The notes under the pieces were generated by a model. The model was given only the letters and a program-made list of their open reading frames with translations. It did not search any database and was not told the DNA's origin. From Methanopyrus kandleri AV19 (GTDB taxonomy: Archaea; JAADCQ01; Methanopyri; Methanopyrales; Methanopyraceae), in contig NC_003551.1 in assembly GCF_000007185.1 (NCBI RefSeq), positions 1 through 32,000 on the forward strand: a stretch of DNA of 32,000 nt, written 5' to 3'. This document shows, piece by piece, positions 1 to 7,314 of this stretch (the first letter of the stretch is position 1; every line of letters begins with the position of its first letter). Both the position numbers and the translations under genes were made by a program.

Positions 1-298
1 GCGTAGCGAGCGGTGTGACGTCCACTATCACCCCATCTACGACTTTCAACCTGACCTTTTGTCCGACCATGTCGGAAAGACGTGCACGTACACTGGGATC
101 GACTTTGAGTTGGAGCACTTCACCATCGCACCGCACGATGGCGGTGCCGTCTTGGATCCCCAGAAGCACGCCCTCGATGACGGACGTCTCGTGCGGTATC
201 TCCGGAGGTGGCGGTACCGGTGAGGCGACCGCCGCCAGGATTAGGACGGGGGTTAACCCGACCGGCAACCGGACCGGCCCCTCATCGAGCGGCGCCAC
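1..298 (-). CDS. Partial ORF leaving the window on the left; hypothetical membrane-anchored or secreted protein
   Basis: Absent from the supplied track because there is no stop inside the window. Manual reverse translation from GTG 298 (alternative TTG 268) gives VAPLDEGPVRLPVGLTPVLILAAVASPVPPPPEIPHETSVIEGVLLGIQDGTAIVRCDGEVLQLKVDPSVRARLSDMVGQKVRLKVVDGVIVDVTPLAT. That is 99 codons open to position 1. It shows a hydrophobic segment, a Pro-rich linker and a V/E/D/K-rich region like the real genes here, unlike the S/T/R-rich plus-strand ORF 15-332. Confidence 0.35.
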   Translation of the reverse strand, partial: MAPLDEGPVRLPVGLTPVLILAAVASPVPPPPEIPHETSVIEGVLLGIQDGTAIVRCDGEVLQLKVDPSVRARLSDMVGQKVRLKVVDGVIVDVTPLAT

Positions 299-744
299 CT
301 CTCGGCTCGTCGTAGTATCATCTTGGTGGTGAGGCCGGATACGGACTCAGGTCGGAGTACTTCTCGAGCCCGATAAGCGGAGGGGGGTCGCGACGCCAAG
401 ATTACTATCGAGTGAAAGATCCGCGGATGCTTCCTCACTGCATCGATAAGCATGGACCTCCAAAATTTTTCCCTACCCAGGGAGAACCAGTCGTCGTGGA
501 TGATCCCGAGGGTCCCTAGGTCGTGAGCTGTTAACTCTTCTCCGAGAGGGAGTAACTCGCGGGCTAACTCCTCACCCCGTTGGTGGACCCGCTTAGCCAC
601 TGACGCGGGCACGCGGGCTTCGGACCGAATACGTGTCCAGTGTCTTCCGAAACAGTTCACGCCGAAGCGCAGAAAAATCTGTTTGGAGTAGTGGGGAGCC
701 GTTTTGCGCAGTTCCGCGTACACGTCTACGTCGGATGTGAACAT
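253..744 (-). CDS. Hypothetical protein (163 aa) directly downstream of rtcA
   Basis: The ATG at 744 lies 3 nt after the rtcA stop (748-750). The first ~105 aa look protein-like (MFTSDVDVYAELRKTAPHYSKQIF...GIIHDDWFSLGREKFWRSMLIDAVRKHPRIF). The last ~55 aa are R/S/G-rich and overlap the next ORF, so the 3' end is doubtful. No family recognised. Confidence 0.45.
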   Translation of the reverse strand: MFTSDVDVYAELRKTAPHYSKQIFLRFGVNCFGRHWTRIRSEARVPASVAKRVHQRGEELARELLPLGEELTAHDLGTLGIIHDDWFSLGREKFWRSMLIDAVRKHPRIFHSIVILASRPPSAYRAREVLRPESVSGLTTKMILRRAERWRRSMRGRSGCRSG

Positions 745-747
745 CGC

Positions 748-1815
748 TCAACCCTCGGGCCGAACTTCGACTGTCGCGGGCTCCCCCTCTTTCCCGCGGA
801 TTTCGACGCTCACGGGGAGGAATTTCTCCACCACCCACGCGTTCGTCGGGAGGTGCGGATCGACACCGGTTACACCGAAGACCGATTCACCGTCGGCGAT
901 CGCTAGGAATGGCAGGATCTGATCTCCCATGTGCTCGTCAAGGGCCATTCCAGTGCGAAGACGCTGCACGAGCTGCTCCGCGGCCTCTCGTCCCACCACC
1001 TCCGCGGGCTTGCCTTTCTCACCCAGCGCATCGGCACCGATCCTGTTCCCTTGATCGTCTTCCGCCCATAAGACGATACCGCTGCCGGGACCTAGGTGTG
1101 GATCGCGGCCTTTAGGGTACGTCTCGATCTCGATTTCAGGTCTGATCCCGAGCTCCCTCTCGATAATTTCCGAAGCTGCCTTGGCCTGACGCTCCGCCAC
1201 GTGGGGTGGTAACCGCACGCAGTGGGAGATCCCTCGAACGCTCTCCAGCTCGCCGAACTTCACGGCTTCCAGCGGCTTCAGCCGCTTCGGGGGTTCCATC
1301 CTGGCCCTGACTATCCCTCCACCCCGAGGATAATGGCCGCGTCGCAGGACCTCGAGCTCGTACCGGTAACCGAGGCGGTCTAGGTAGTGTGCGTTGACGT
1401 TGATCTCGTAGTCCACGGGCGGTGACCACTTGACGTCCGTCCCGCCTCGCACTTCCATCTCCACGGGCCCGTCGGCGGCTATCGCCGCGAGCTTGACGGC
1501 TTGAAGCAGTAGGGTCACGCTACCCGCGGTACCGATATCTACCTCGTACTCCCCTCCTTTCACCTTCCCCGGCTCGAACACGATCTCGGTCGAACCTATC
1601 TCGAGTCCCTCGCACTCCGCATCGCAGATCTCGGCCACGGCCTTCACTGCGTGTAGGTGCTGGTGTGAGAGGCCGGGACGTGGCCTGTTGGCCCGGATGT
1701 TGTATATCCGGACGGGTTCACCTGTCAGCGCTGACATCCCGACCGCCGTTCGGAGTATCTGGCCTCCACCCTCACCGTAGGAACCGTCGATCTCTATCAA
1801 GCTCATCACCGGCAC
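748..1815 (-). CDS. rtcA: RNA 3'-terminal phosphate cyclase
   Basis: The N-terminus SLIEIDGSYGEGGGQILRTAVGMSALTGEPVRIYNIRANRPRPGLSHQHL is the RtcA signature region, and the length (~350 aa) fits. The track start 1815 is GTG. The ATG at 1806 (MSLIEIDGSYGEGGGQ) is the more likely start. Confidence 0.9.
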   Translation of the reverse strand: MPVMSLIEIDGSYGEGGGQILRTAVGMSALTGEPVRIYNIRANRPRPGLSHQHLHAVKAVAEICDAECEGLEIGSTEIVFEPGKVKGGEYEVDIGTAGSVTLLLQAVKLAAIAADGPVEMEVRGGTDVKWSPPVDYEINVNAHYLDRLGYRYELEVLRRGHYPRGGGIVRARMEPPKRLKPLEAVKFGELESVRGISHCVRLPPHVAERQAKAASEIIERELGIRPEIEIETYPKGRDPHLGPGSGIVLWAEDDQGNRIGADALGEKGKPAEVVGREAAEQLVQRLRTGMALDEHMGDQILPFLAIADGESVFGVTGVDPHLPTNAWVVEKFLPVSVEIRGKEGEPATVEVRPEG

Positions 1816-1887
1816 CGGCGATGAGGAGGGTCCGGATGGCCGCGCTCGTGAGGAGAGAACCCGGGGCTGAGCCGGATCTTAACGCCG

Positions 1888-2403
1888 TCACTCTTCCTCC
1901 ATCGGTTTCACTTCTATTTCACTGGCTTCCGCCTTCGGCGCCCTCACGATCAGGAGACCACGACCGCACTTCGCACTGACGGCGCTCGGGTTGATTTTCT
2001 CCGGTAAGTCTATCCTCCGTCGGACCTCGCCGGTCACGCGCTCCCGCGTCTTGGCCTCACCCTCTCGCATCTTCGGGATGTTAGCCGTGATCTCCACGAA
2101 CCTCTCACCCGCTCTGACCTGAACGTCCTCCGGGCGGGCGCCGGGAACCTCCGCGACGATGACGAACTCTCCCGAACGTTCGAAAACGTCCACGGCGGGC
2201 GTGTGTAGCGATCTTATCATTCTGATAAGCTGGCTCGAAGCCCCTTCCAGTAGCTCCGTAATCTCCTCAGGCTCCATTTCCTTCAAGATAGACCCTACTA
2301 GCCGCCCGTCCTCCCGGAAGAGCTTTATCAACTCCTCCGTGGCCTCGAGGCCGGCCTTAGCGCTCCTCATCCCGACCTTCATCATGTCCTCGATCACGCC
2401 CAC
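1888..2403 (-). CDS. hsp20: Small heat shock protein, Hsp20/alpha-crystallin family
   Basis: C-terminal alpha-crystallin-like domain: VDVFERSGEFVIVAEVPGARPEDVQVRAGERFVEITA...RRIDLPEKINPSAVSAKCGRGLLIVRAPK. Position 2403 is GTG and overlaps the upstream GTPase by 47 nt. ATG codons at 2385/2382/2370 are alternative starts. Confidence 0.8.
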   Translation of the reverse strand: MGVIEDMMKVGMRSAKAGLEATEELIKLFREDGRLVGSILKEMEPEEITELLEGASSQLIRMIRSLHTPAVDVFERSGEFVIVAEVPGARPEDVQVRAGERFVEITANIPKMREGEAKTRERVTGEVRRRIDLPEKINPSAVSAKCGRGLLIVRAPKAEASEIEVKPMEEE

Positions 2404-3415
2404 TGTAGTGCCCCCTCGCCAGATCGTTCAGGAGCTCGCGGAGTTCTTTCAGTCCGGTCCTCTCCGTCGCCGAGACCTTATAAACGGGTTCCCCTTCGAG
2501 ATCGGGTTCCTCCCACAGATCCCGTAGGTCGGCTTTCGTCAGCACCACGTAGACCGGTACGTCGAACTCCTTCCGGACGCGGTCCAGCAACTCCAGCTGC
2601 TCCTCCACTGGATATCCACAGGTTCCGGTGGGATCTATCAGGAAGAGCACGGCGTCCGTCACGTGCTTTAGGGCCGCGATCGCCTGTCGCTCGACCGGAT
2701 TGCGCTCTTCCTCCGGTCGTTCCAGCAAACCCGGTGTGTCGAGCATTTGCACGGGGTACGGGCGCTCCATGTAGCCTACTTGGATGCCCTTGGTAGTGAA
2801 GGGATACGGGGCGATCTCCGGCCTCGAGCCCGTGAGCACCGTCATAAGGGTGGTTTTACCGACGTTGGGGAACCCCGCTAAGGTCACGGTGAACATCTCG
2901 GTGTCGATCGCGGGTAGGTCTACGAGCTTCGGCTGCACCTTCCGGAGGAACCTGAGCGCGTCTCCAACCTTCCTGCGGATCGTCGAAGCCAGTCTCCCGA
3001 ACGCCTGACGTCTCAACTCCGCGGCGGTCCGGGGGTCCCTCGCCCTCTTGATCTTCCGAGTGTACTCCTCCCGGATCAACCTGGCTATCTTGGCGACCGT
3101 ATGCACGTCGGCCAGACTGCTTTTCAGCCTGTCGATGCCCGCTAGCGCGTCCGCCAACTCCCGGTAGAACGGGTGAAGCTCGTCGAGGTTGGGCGTCTTC
3201 CTCACGATCTCCCAGAGGCGGTCCTGCACCAACTGGCACGCCGTGTTGACGCGTGCTATCTCGATGGACCTGGCCCTGACTTCAGGCGGTGTCCTGGTAC
3301 CGTAGAACGATTTCCTGGTGCCTTCAGCGGCTCTCTCCGCCCGTCGGAAGGCGACGTCGATCAGCTCTTCCGGGTCCGGTACCTCGGGCATCTTCCGAAA
3401 CGGGTTCCCGGACAC
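2357..3415 (-). CDS. NOG1-type GTP-binding protein
   Basis: The N-terminal NOG1-like helical region (NPFRKMPEVPDPEELIDVAFRRAE) is followed by a G domain: GFPNVGKTTLMTVL (G1), PYPFTT (G2), DTPG (G3), TKADL (G4). GTG start at 3415 preceded by GGAGG. Confidence 0.85.
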   Translation of the reverse strand: MSGNPFRKMPEVPDPEELIDVAFRRAERAAEGTRKSFYGTRTPPEVRARSIEIARVNTACQLVQDRLWEIVRKTPNLDELHPFYRELADALAGIDRLKSSLADVHTVAKIARLIREEYTRKIKRARDPRTAAELRRQAFGRLASTIRRKVGDALRFLRKVQPKLVDLPAIDTEMFTVTLAGFPNVGKTTLMTVLTGSRPEIAPYPFTTKGIQVGYMERPYPVQMLDTPGLLERPEEERNPVERQAIAALKHVTDAVLFLIDPTGTCGYPVEEQLELLDRVRKEFDVPVYVVLTKADLRDLWEEPDLEGEPVYKVSATERTGLKELRELLNDLARGHYSGRDRGHDEGRDEER

Positions 3416-3489
3416 GGTATCGCCTCCCGTAAACCTTTTTGAGTCGACAGAGGCCGTCCGGCGAGAAAACGGCGACGGGGGTTCCGCGA

Positions 3490-3807
3490 ATGGAGTATAT
3501 TTACGCGGCGTTGCTGCTTCATGCCGCAGGTCAGGAGATTAACGAGGACAACCTACGGAAGGTCCTAGAGGCCGCAGGTGTGGATGTCGACGACGCCAGG
3601 CTGAAGGCGACCGTGGCGGCCCTAGAAGAAGTCGACATCGACGAGGCTATCGAAGAGGCCGCCGTCCCAGCCGCCGCACCGGCGGCCGCAGCGCCAGCCG
3701 AAGAGGAGGAAGAGGAAGAGGCCGAAGCGGAAGAGGAAGAAGAGGAAGAGGAGGAAGAAGAAGCGGAAGAGGAAGCGGCAGCGGGCCTCGGTGCACTGTT
3801 CGGGTAA
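3490..3807 (+). CDS. rpl12: Ribosomal stalk protein P1 (archaeal L12)
   Basis: [46 protein letters not shown], an Ala/Pro hinge, a long poly-Glu tract and the conserved terminal GLGALFG. The ATG at 3490 was chosen over the track start 3439 because the upstream 17 codons are non-homologous. Confidence 0.93.
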   Translation: MEYIYAALLLHAAGQEINEDNLRKVLEAAGVDVDDARLKATVAALEEVDIDEAIEEAAVPAAAPAAAAPAEEEEEEEAEAEEEEEEEEEEEAEEEAAAGLGALFG

Positions 3808-3810
3808 ACC

Positions 3811-5343
3811 TCAGAAGAACGCGTCTAACGTCCTCTGTTCACCTCCTCCTTCCTTCTTCTTTTCCTCTCTCTCCTCTTCTTCCTCCGCTTTTTCTACGGC
3901 TTCCTCGATCTCCTTCGCTTCCTCTTCTACCTCCGATTCTTCACGTTTTCTCTCGAGCATGGACTCCATCGCACCTTTCACCCGCTCTCTGCGGATCTTC
4001 CGCAGCTTCTCGCGAACGCGCAACGCCCGCTGATATACCCGCTGAGCCACCTGTGGATCGCCGCAGAGGAACCCGATTTCCCGTTTGGAGAGTTCTAGAT
4101 AGCCGGCGATCCCTCCTAGGATTTCCAAACCGCGATCGGTGGGATTGTCCGCGACCTTCCGGAACGCGATCTCGAGCACTGAAATCACGTCCATCTTGGC
4201 ACGGCGTGTGGACACATGCATGCGTTCCGCGATCTTTTTCGCTATGGAATTCCGGACCTCACGCTCTTTGCGGGTAGTCCCCAGCTTCCGCAGGATCTTG
4301 GGAGGTTGGAACCGAACGAACCCCGGTGGTTTACCCTTCCGGGCCGCGGCTACACCCGACGTCATGAGGTCGGTGGCGTAGACGTACTTGAACCTCCAGT
4401 CCCCGGTCTCTATCGCACGACTCGAGAATACGTCGGCTTTGGACAGGTAATCATACGCGCGGGCGATCTCCTCCGGATCTCGGTACGCTCGAGGTATGTT
4501 CTGAGCTATCCACAGGATCACGTCGTCCGGATCCTCGTCTAAGTTCCAGAGCGCGCGTCTGGCCTGTCTGGGCGGTTTGTTGAAGATCCTACCCAGAGCC
4601 TCGAAGATGGTGATCTCCTTATCACGCCACCCGAGCGCTTCCACGTCATCGGACGTTACCCTACCCGTGGGCCTTGCGAGCGCCTCCAGATCGTTGATCG
4701 CAGCCCTAAGATCTCCCCTGGCACGCTTCGCGATCCGACGCAGGGCCACCTCCTCGTACTCGATACCCTCCCGCTCGCAGATGCGACGTAATGCCTCGAC
4801 GATGTCGTTGACGCGGAGCCGGCGGAACTCGATCATCCGAACGGCGTCACGTAGGGACTTGGGTAACACCCACGGGTCGTTGGCGACGAGGACCATGGGG
4901 TTACGGGCCTGACGTACGGCCCGCGTGAGCGCGGTCACCCCACCTCTATCTTCCCTGGGATCGATCCCGTCGACCTCGTCCACGAGGACTAGAACCCTGT
5001 CCGAGTGACCCTCCACATGTTCGTAATCTCCCCCGGCTTCCCTGGTCATTCGGAGGAGGGAGCGTGAGGTGGAGGCGCCGCCCACGATCTTCTCGATCAC
5101 GTTTCGTGTGCGCTTGTCCGACGCGTTGAGTTCGATCACGTCCCAGCCGAAGTCGTGGGCTAGGGCGTACGCGGCGCTCGTCTTTCCGGTCCCGGGTGGT
5201 CCATGAAGTAGCACGGCCCGCGGTTCCGGAATACTACCGCGCGCCCACTCGTTCGCCCATGCGGCTAGCTCCTTCTTGGCCTCGTCCTGGTTCACCAGCT
5301 CTTTGAGCGACCTAGGTCGGTACTTCTCAACCCAAGGGACCAA
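3811..5343 (-). CDS. rfcL: Replication factor C large subunit
   Basis: VPWVEKYRPRSLKELVNQDEAKKEL...LLHGPPGTGKTSAAYALA (Walker A) and VLVDEVD (Walker B). The acidic C-terminal tail ends in QRTLDAFF, which matches the PIP-box pattern QxxLxxFF (codons 3814-3837). Confidence 0.93.
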   Translation of the reverse strand: MVPWVEKYRPRSLKELVNQDEAKKELAAWANEWARGSIPEPRAVLLHGPPGTGKTSAAYALAHDFGWDVIELNASDKRTRNVIEKIVGGASTSRSLLRMTREAGGDYEHVEGHSDRVLVLVDEVDGIDPREDRGGVTALTRAVRQARNPMVLVANDPWVLPKSLRDAVRMIEFRRLRVNDIVEALRRICEREGIEYEEVALRRIAKRARGDLRAAINDLEALARPTGRVTSDDVEALGWRDKEITIFEALGRIFNKPPRQARRALWNLDEDPDDVILWIAQNIPRAYRDPEEIARAYDYLSKADVFSSRAIETGDWRFKYVYATDLMTSGVAAARKGKPPGFVRFQPPKILRKLGTTRKEREVRNSIAKKIAERMHVSTRRAKMDVISVLEIAFRKVADNPTDRGLEILGGIAGYLELSKREIGFLCGDPQVAQRVYQRALRVREKLRKIRRERVKGAMESMLERKREESEVEEEAKEIEEAVEKAEEEEEREEKKKEGGGEQRTLDAFF

Positions 5344-5348
5344 CGGTG

Positions 5349-7256
5349 CTACCCGCCGGAGTACTCGTTACCGAGTGCGTGAATTCGGGCTAACAGGGCC
5401 TCTAACTGGATCCGCTCGTCCGAGCCGCGGATCAGGCGGTACTCGAAGTCACCGACGGCGTTCACAAGCTCCGGAATTGCCTCCTCCGGTATCTCGTCCA
5501 TGTCGAAGATTTCCCGGTGTACCTGACGGACGACGTCCTCTCCCGACATTCCGTACCTGGTGAGGAGCTCGTGTAGTAGTTCTCTGGCCCGCTCGAAGTC
5601 CCCGTTCCAGGCGTGGTGGATCATCTCCCGCACCTCCTCGGGGCGAGCCGTAGCCGCGATCTGGAACACCGTATCCTCGTCGATCTCCCGTCCGAGCGCC
5701 GCGGCAGCTTGGAGTACGTTAATGGCACGCCGCATATCGCCCTCGGAGACGTAAACGATCGCGTCCAGGGCGTCCTCCGTTATCTCGACTCCTTCACTCT
5801 CAGCGATCTTCCTTAACCGCTCCTTGATGGCGCTCTCGGGTAGCTTGGTGAACTTAAACACTACACACCGGCTCTGGATGGGGTCGATGATCGCGGAAGA
5901 GTAGTTCGCTGCGAGTATGAACCGACACGCGTCGGAGTACATCTCCATAATTCTACGGAGGGCCTGTTGCGAGTCCCTGGTCAGGTTATCCGCCTCATCG
6001 AGGAAGATTATCTTGAACCGGGCCCCTCCCATCGGCCGGGTCCTGGCGAAGTTCTTCACCTTGGTCCGAATTACGTCGATACCCCTCTCATCGGAGTTGT
6101 GCAGCAGGACCGGAACCTCACCCGCGAAGAACATCTCGTTGCCGGGTACGCTCACGTCGTAGACGTAGCCGTCGTAGTCCATGACGTCCAGATCCTCGAC
6201 CTTAACGGCGTGCACGTCCGATCGTACGAGCGTCCTGAGCATCCGGTACGCTCTCCTAGCGTCCCCACGGAGATTTTTCGCATCGACCGAGGAGAGGACC
6301 TTTCGGACGGCCTCTTTCGATACCCGACCGTCGAACACCCACGACTCGAGATCGTCCACGAGGTCAGATTCGAGCCTTTCGACGAGTTTCAGAACCGGAT
6401 CGGCCGGTAACAAGTCGCCCGTACGGGTCTCCCAAACCAGCTCAACACCGTCGTCCGTCACACGGCTCTCGACACCCGAGATCCGGGCCAGCCACGCCAG
6501 ATCCACCGATACGTCCTCCGAGGCCTCGATCACGCCGTCATCGGCTAACTCACGTAGGAGCTCGACCCGAACCTCCACGGGCAGCTCGTAGGTGGTGTCC
6601 GAGACCCGAGATCCGGATCCGACCGACGTGACCACCGTGCCGCCATCGGTGGGTTGTTCGTCGAGTTCCGCGACGAAGCTGAGTAGAAACGAGCCTTCCT
6701 CTATCTCGGATGCCTTCACCGCCCGGAGGCCGCCCTCGTCCAGTACCATCACCGCGTGGTTACCCGTGAGCTCGATCGTTCCGTCCTCGAGGTGGACGCG
6801 CAGGATCTTACGGGCACGGTGTCTGATGAGCTTGGAAACGCGGGCCCAAGTCACCCTGAAGTTCCTATCGACCGTCAAAACCTCCAAATCGCTCACGTCC
6901 ACGTACTCGCCGCCACGATCCCCGAAGTACCAGCTGTCGAGGTCCTCGAAGGTCACCCGGAGGACTTCGCCGCCCCTCCGCACGAGGATCGGAGTGTCCG
7001 CGGACACGGAAGCGTTCAGCTCGAGGAAGTTGTCTCTCCAGTGCTCACCGAACAGTTCCCGCGCTAAGCACAGAGCCGCCGTCGTTTTGCCGGTTCCAGG
7101 TGGACCCGCGAAGAGCAGGTTGGGCATGTCGCCGCGGTTCACGTAGGCCTTCAGACGCTCGACCACGTGCTCCTGGTCGACGATGTCGTCCAGACGCTTA
7201 GGCCGGTACTTTTCCACCCACGGTATCTCGAGAACGCGTAGCTCGTGCTCGGCCAT
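5349..7256 (-). CDS. rfcS: Replication factor C small subunit, interrupted by an in-frame intein
   Basis: The exteins join to the canonical RFC-S sequence: IPWVEKYRPKRLDDIV...FAGPPGTGKTTAAL...FLELNA | SDERGIDVIRTKVKNFAR...IIFLDEADNLT...SRC. Exteins total 330 aa (82+248) and the whole ORF is 635 aa. Confidence 0.95.
   Translation of the reverse strand: MAEHELRVLEIPWVEKYRPKRLDDIVDQEHVVERLKAYVNRGDMPNLLFAGPPGTGKTTAALCLARELFGEHWRDNFLELNASVSADTPILVRRGGEVLRVTFEDLDSWYFGDRGGEYVDVSDLEVLTVDRNFRVTWARVSKLIRHRARKILRVHLEDGTIELTGNHAVMVLDEGGLRAVKASEIEEGSFLLSFVAELDEQPTDGGTVVTSVGSGSRVSDTTYELPVEVRVELLRELADDGVIEASEDVSVDLAWLARISGVESRVTDDGVELVWETRTGDLLPADPVLKLVERLESDLVDDLESWVFDGRVSKEAVRKVLSSVDAKNLRGDARRAYRMLRTLVRSDVHAVKVEDLDVMDYDGYVYDVSVPGNEMFFAGEVPVLLHNSDERGIDVIRTKVKNFARTRPMGGARFKIIFLDEADNLTRDSQQALRRIMEMYSDACRFILAANYSSAIIDPIQSRCVVFKFTKLPESAIKERLRKIAESEGVEITEDALDAIVYVSEGDMRRAINVLQAAAALGREIDEDTVFQIAATARPEEVREMIHHAWNGDFERARELLHELLTRYGMSGEDVVRQVHREIFDMDEIPEEAIPELVNAVGDFEYRLIRGSDERIQLEALLARIHALGNEYSGG
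6096..7010 (-). mobile_element. Intein (305 codons) within rfcS
   Basis: Block A: SVSADTPILV, with Ser as residue 1. Block B: LTGNHAVMV (TxxH). Block F: GYVYDVSVPGNEMFFAG. Block G: VLLHN followed by the +1 Ser of SDERGID. Removing residues 83-387 restores the conserved ELNASDERG junction. Confidence 0.9.
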
Positions 7257-7286
7257 CTCGACGTCCCCGGGGGATCACATCGCCCG

Positions 7287-7308
7287 TGATAAAAACCGAT
7301 TCGGTCGG
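7287..7308 (-). promoter_or_regulatory. Oligo-T tract after the TIP49-like gene that may double as a TATA-like box for rfcS
   Basis: The minus strand reads CCGACCGAATCGGTTTTTATCA. It has a weak 4-bp hairpin (CCGA/TCGG) followed by T5, starting 7 nt after the stop at 7315-7317. TTTTTATCA is centred ~35 nt upstream of the rfcS ATG (7256). Confidence 0.3.
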
Positions 7309-7314
7309 AGGAGA

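Noticed and set aside
15-332. 105-aa plus-strand ORF at the left edge
   Set aside because: It is S/T/R/P/G-rich with no recognisable motif. It lies antisense to a more protein-like open frame. This is typical spurious ORF content in high-GC DNA.
3700-3950. GAA/GAG and TTC/CTC repeat tracts as a possible satellite or CRISPR-like repeat
   Set aside because: They are in-frame poly-Glu coding tails of P1 and RFC-L, with no repeat-spacer periodicity. They are kept only as a structural curiosity in the findings.
5917-7146. Plus-strand ORFs (81-184 aa) antisense to rfcS
   Set aside because: They are entirely embedded opposite a confidently identified conserved gene. Their composition is Ser/Arg/Thr-rich and low-complexity.
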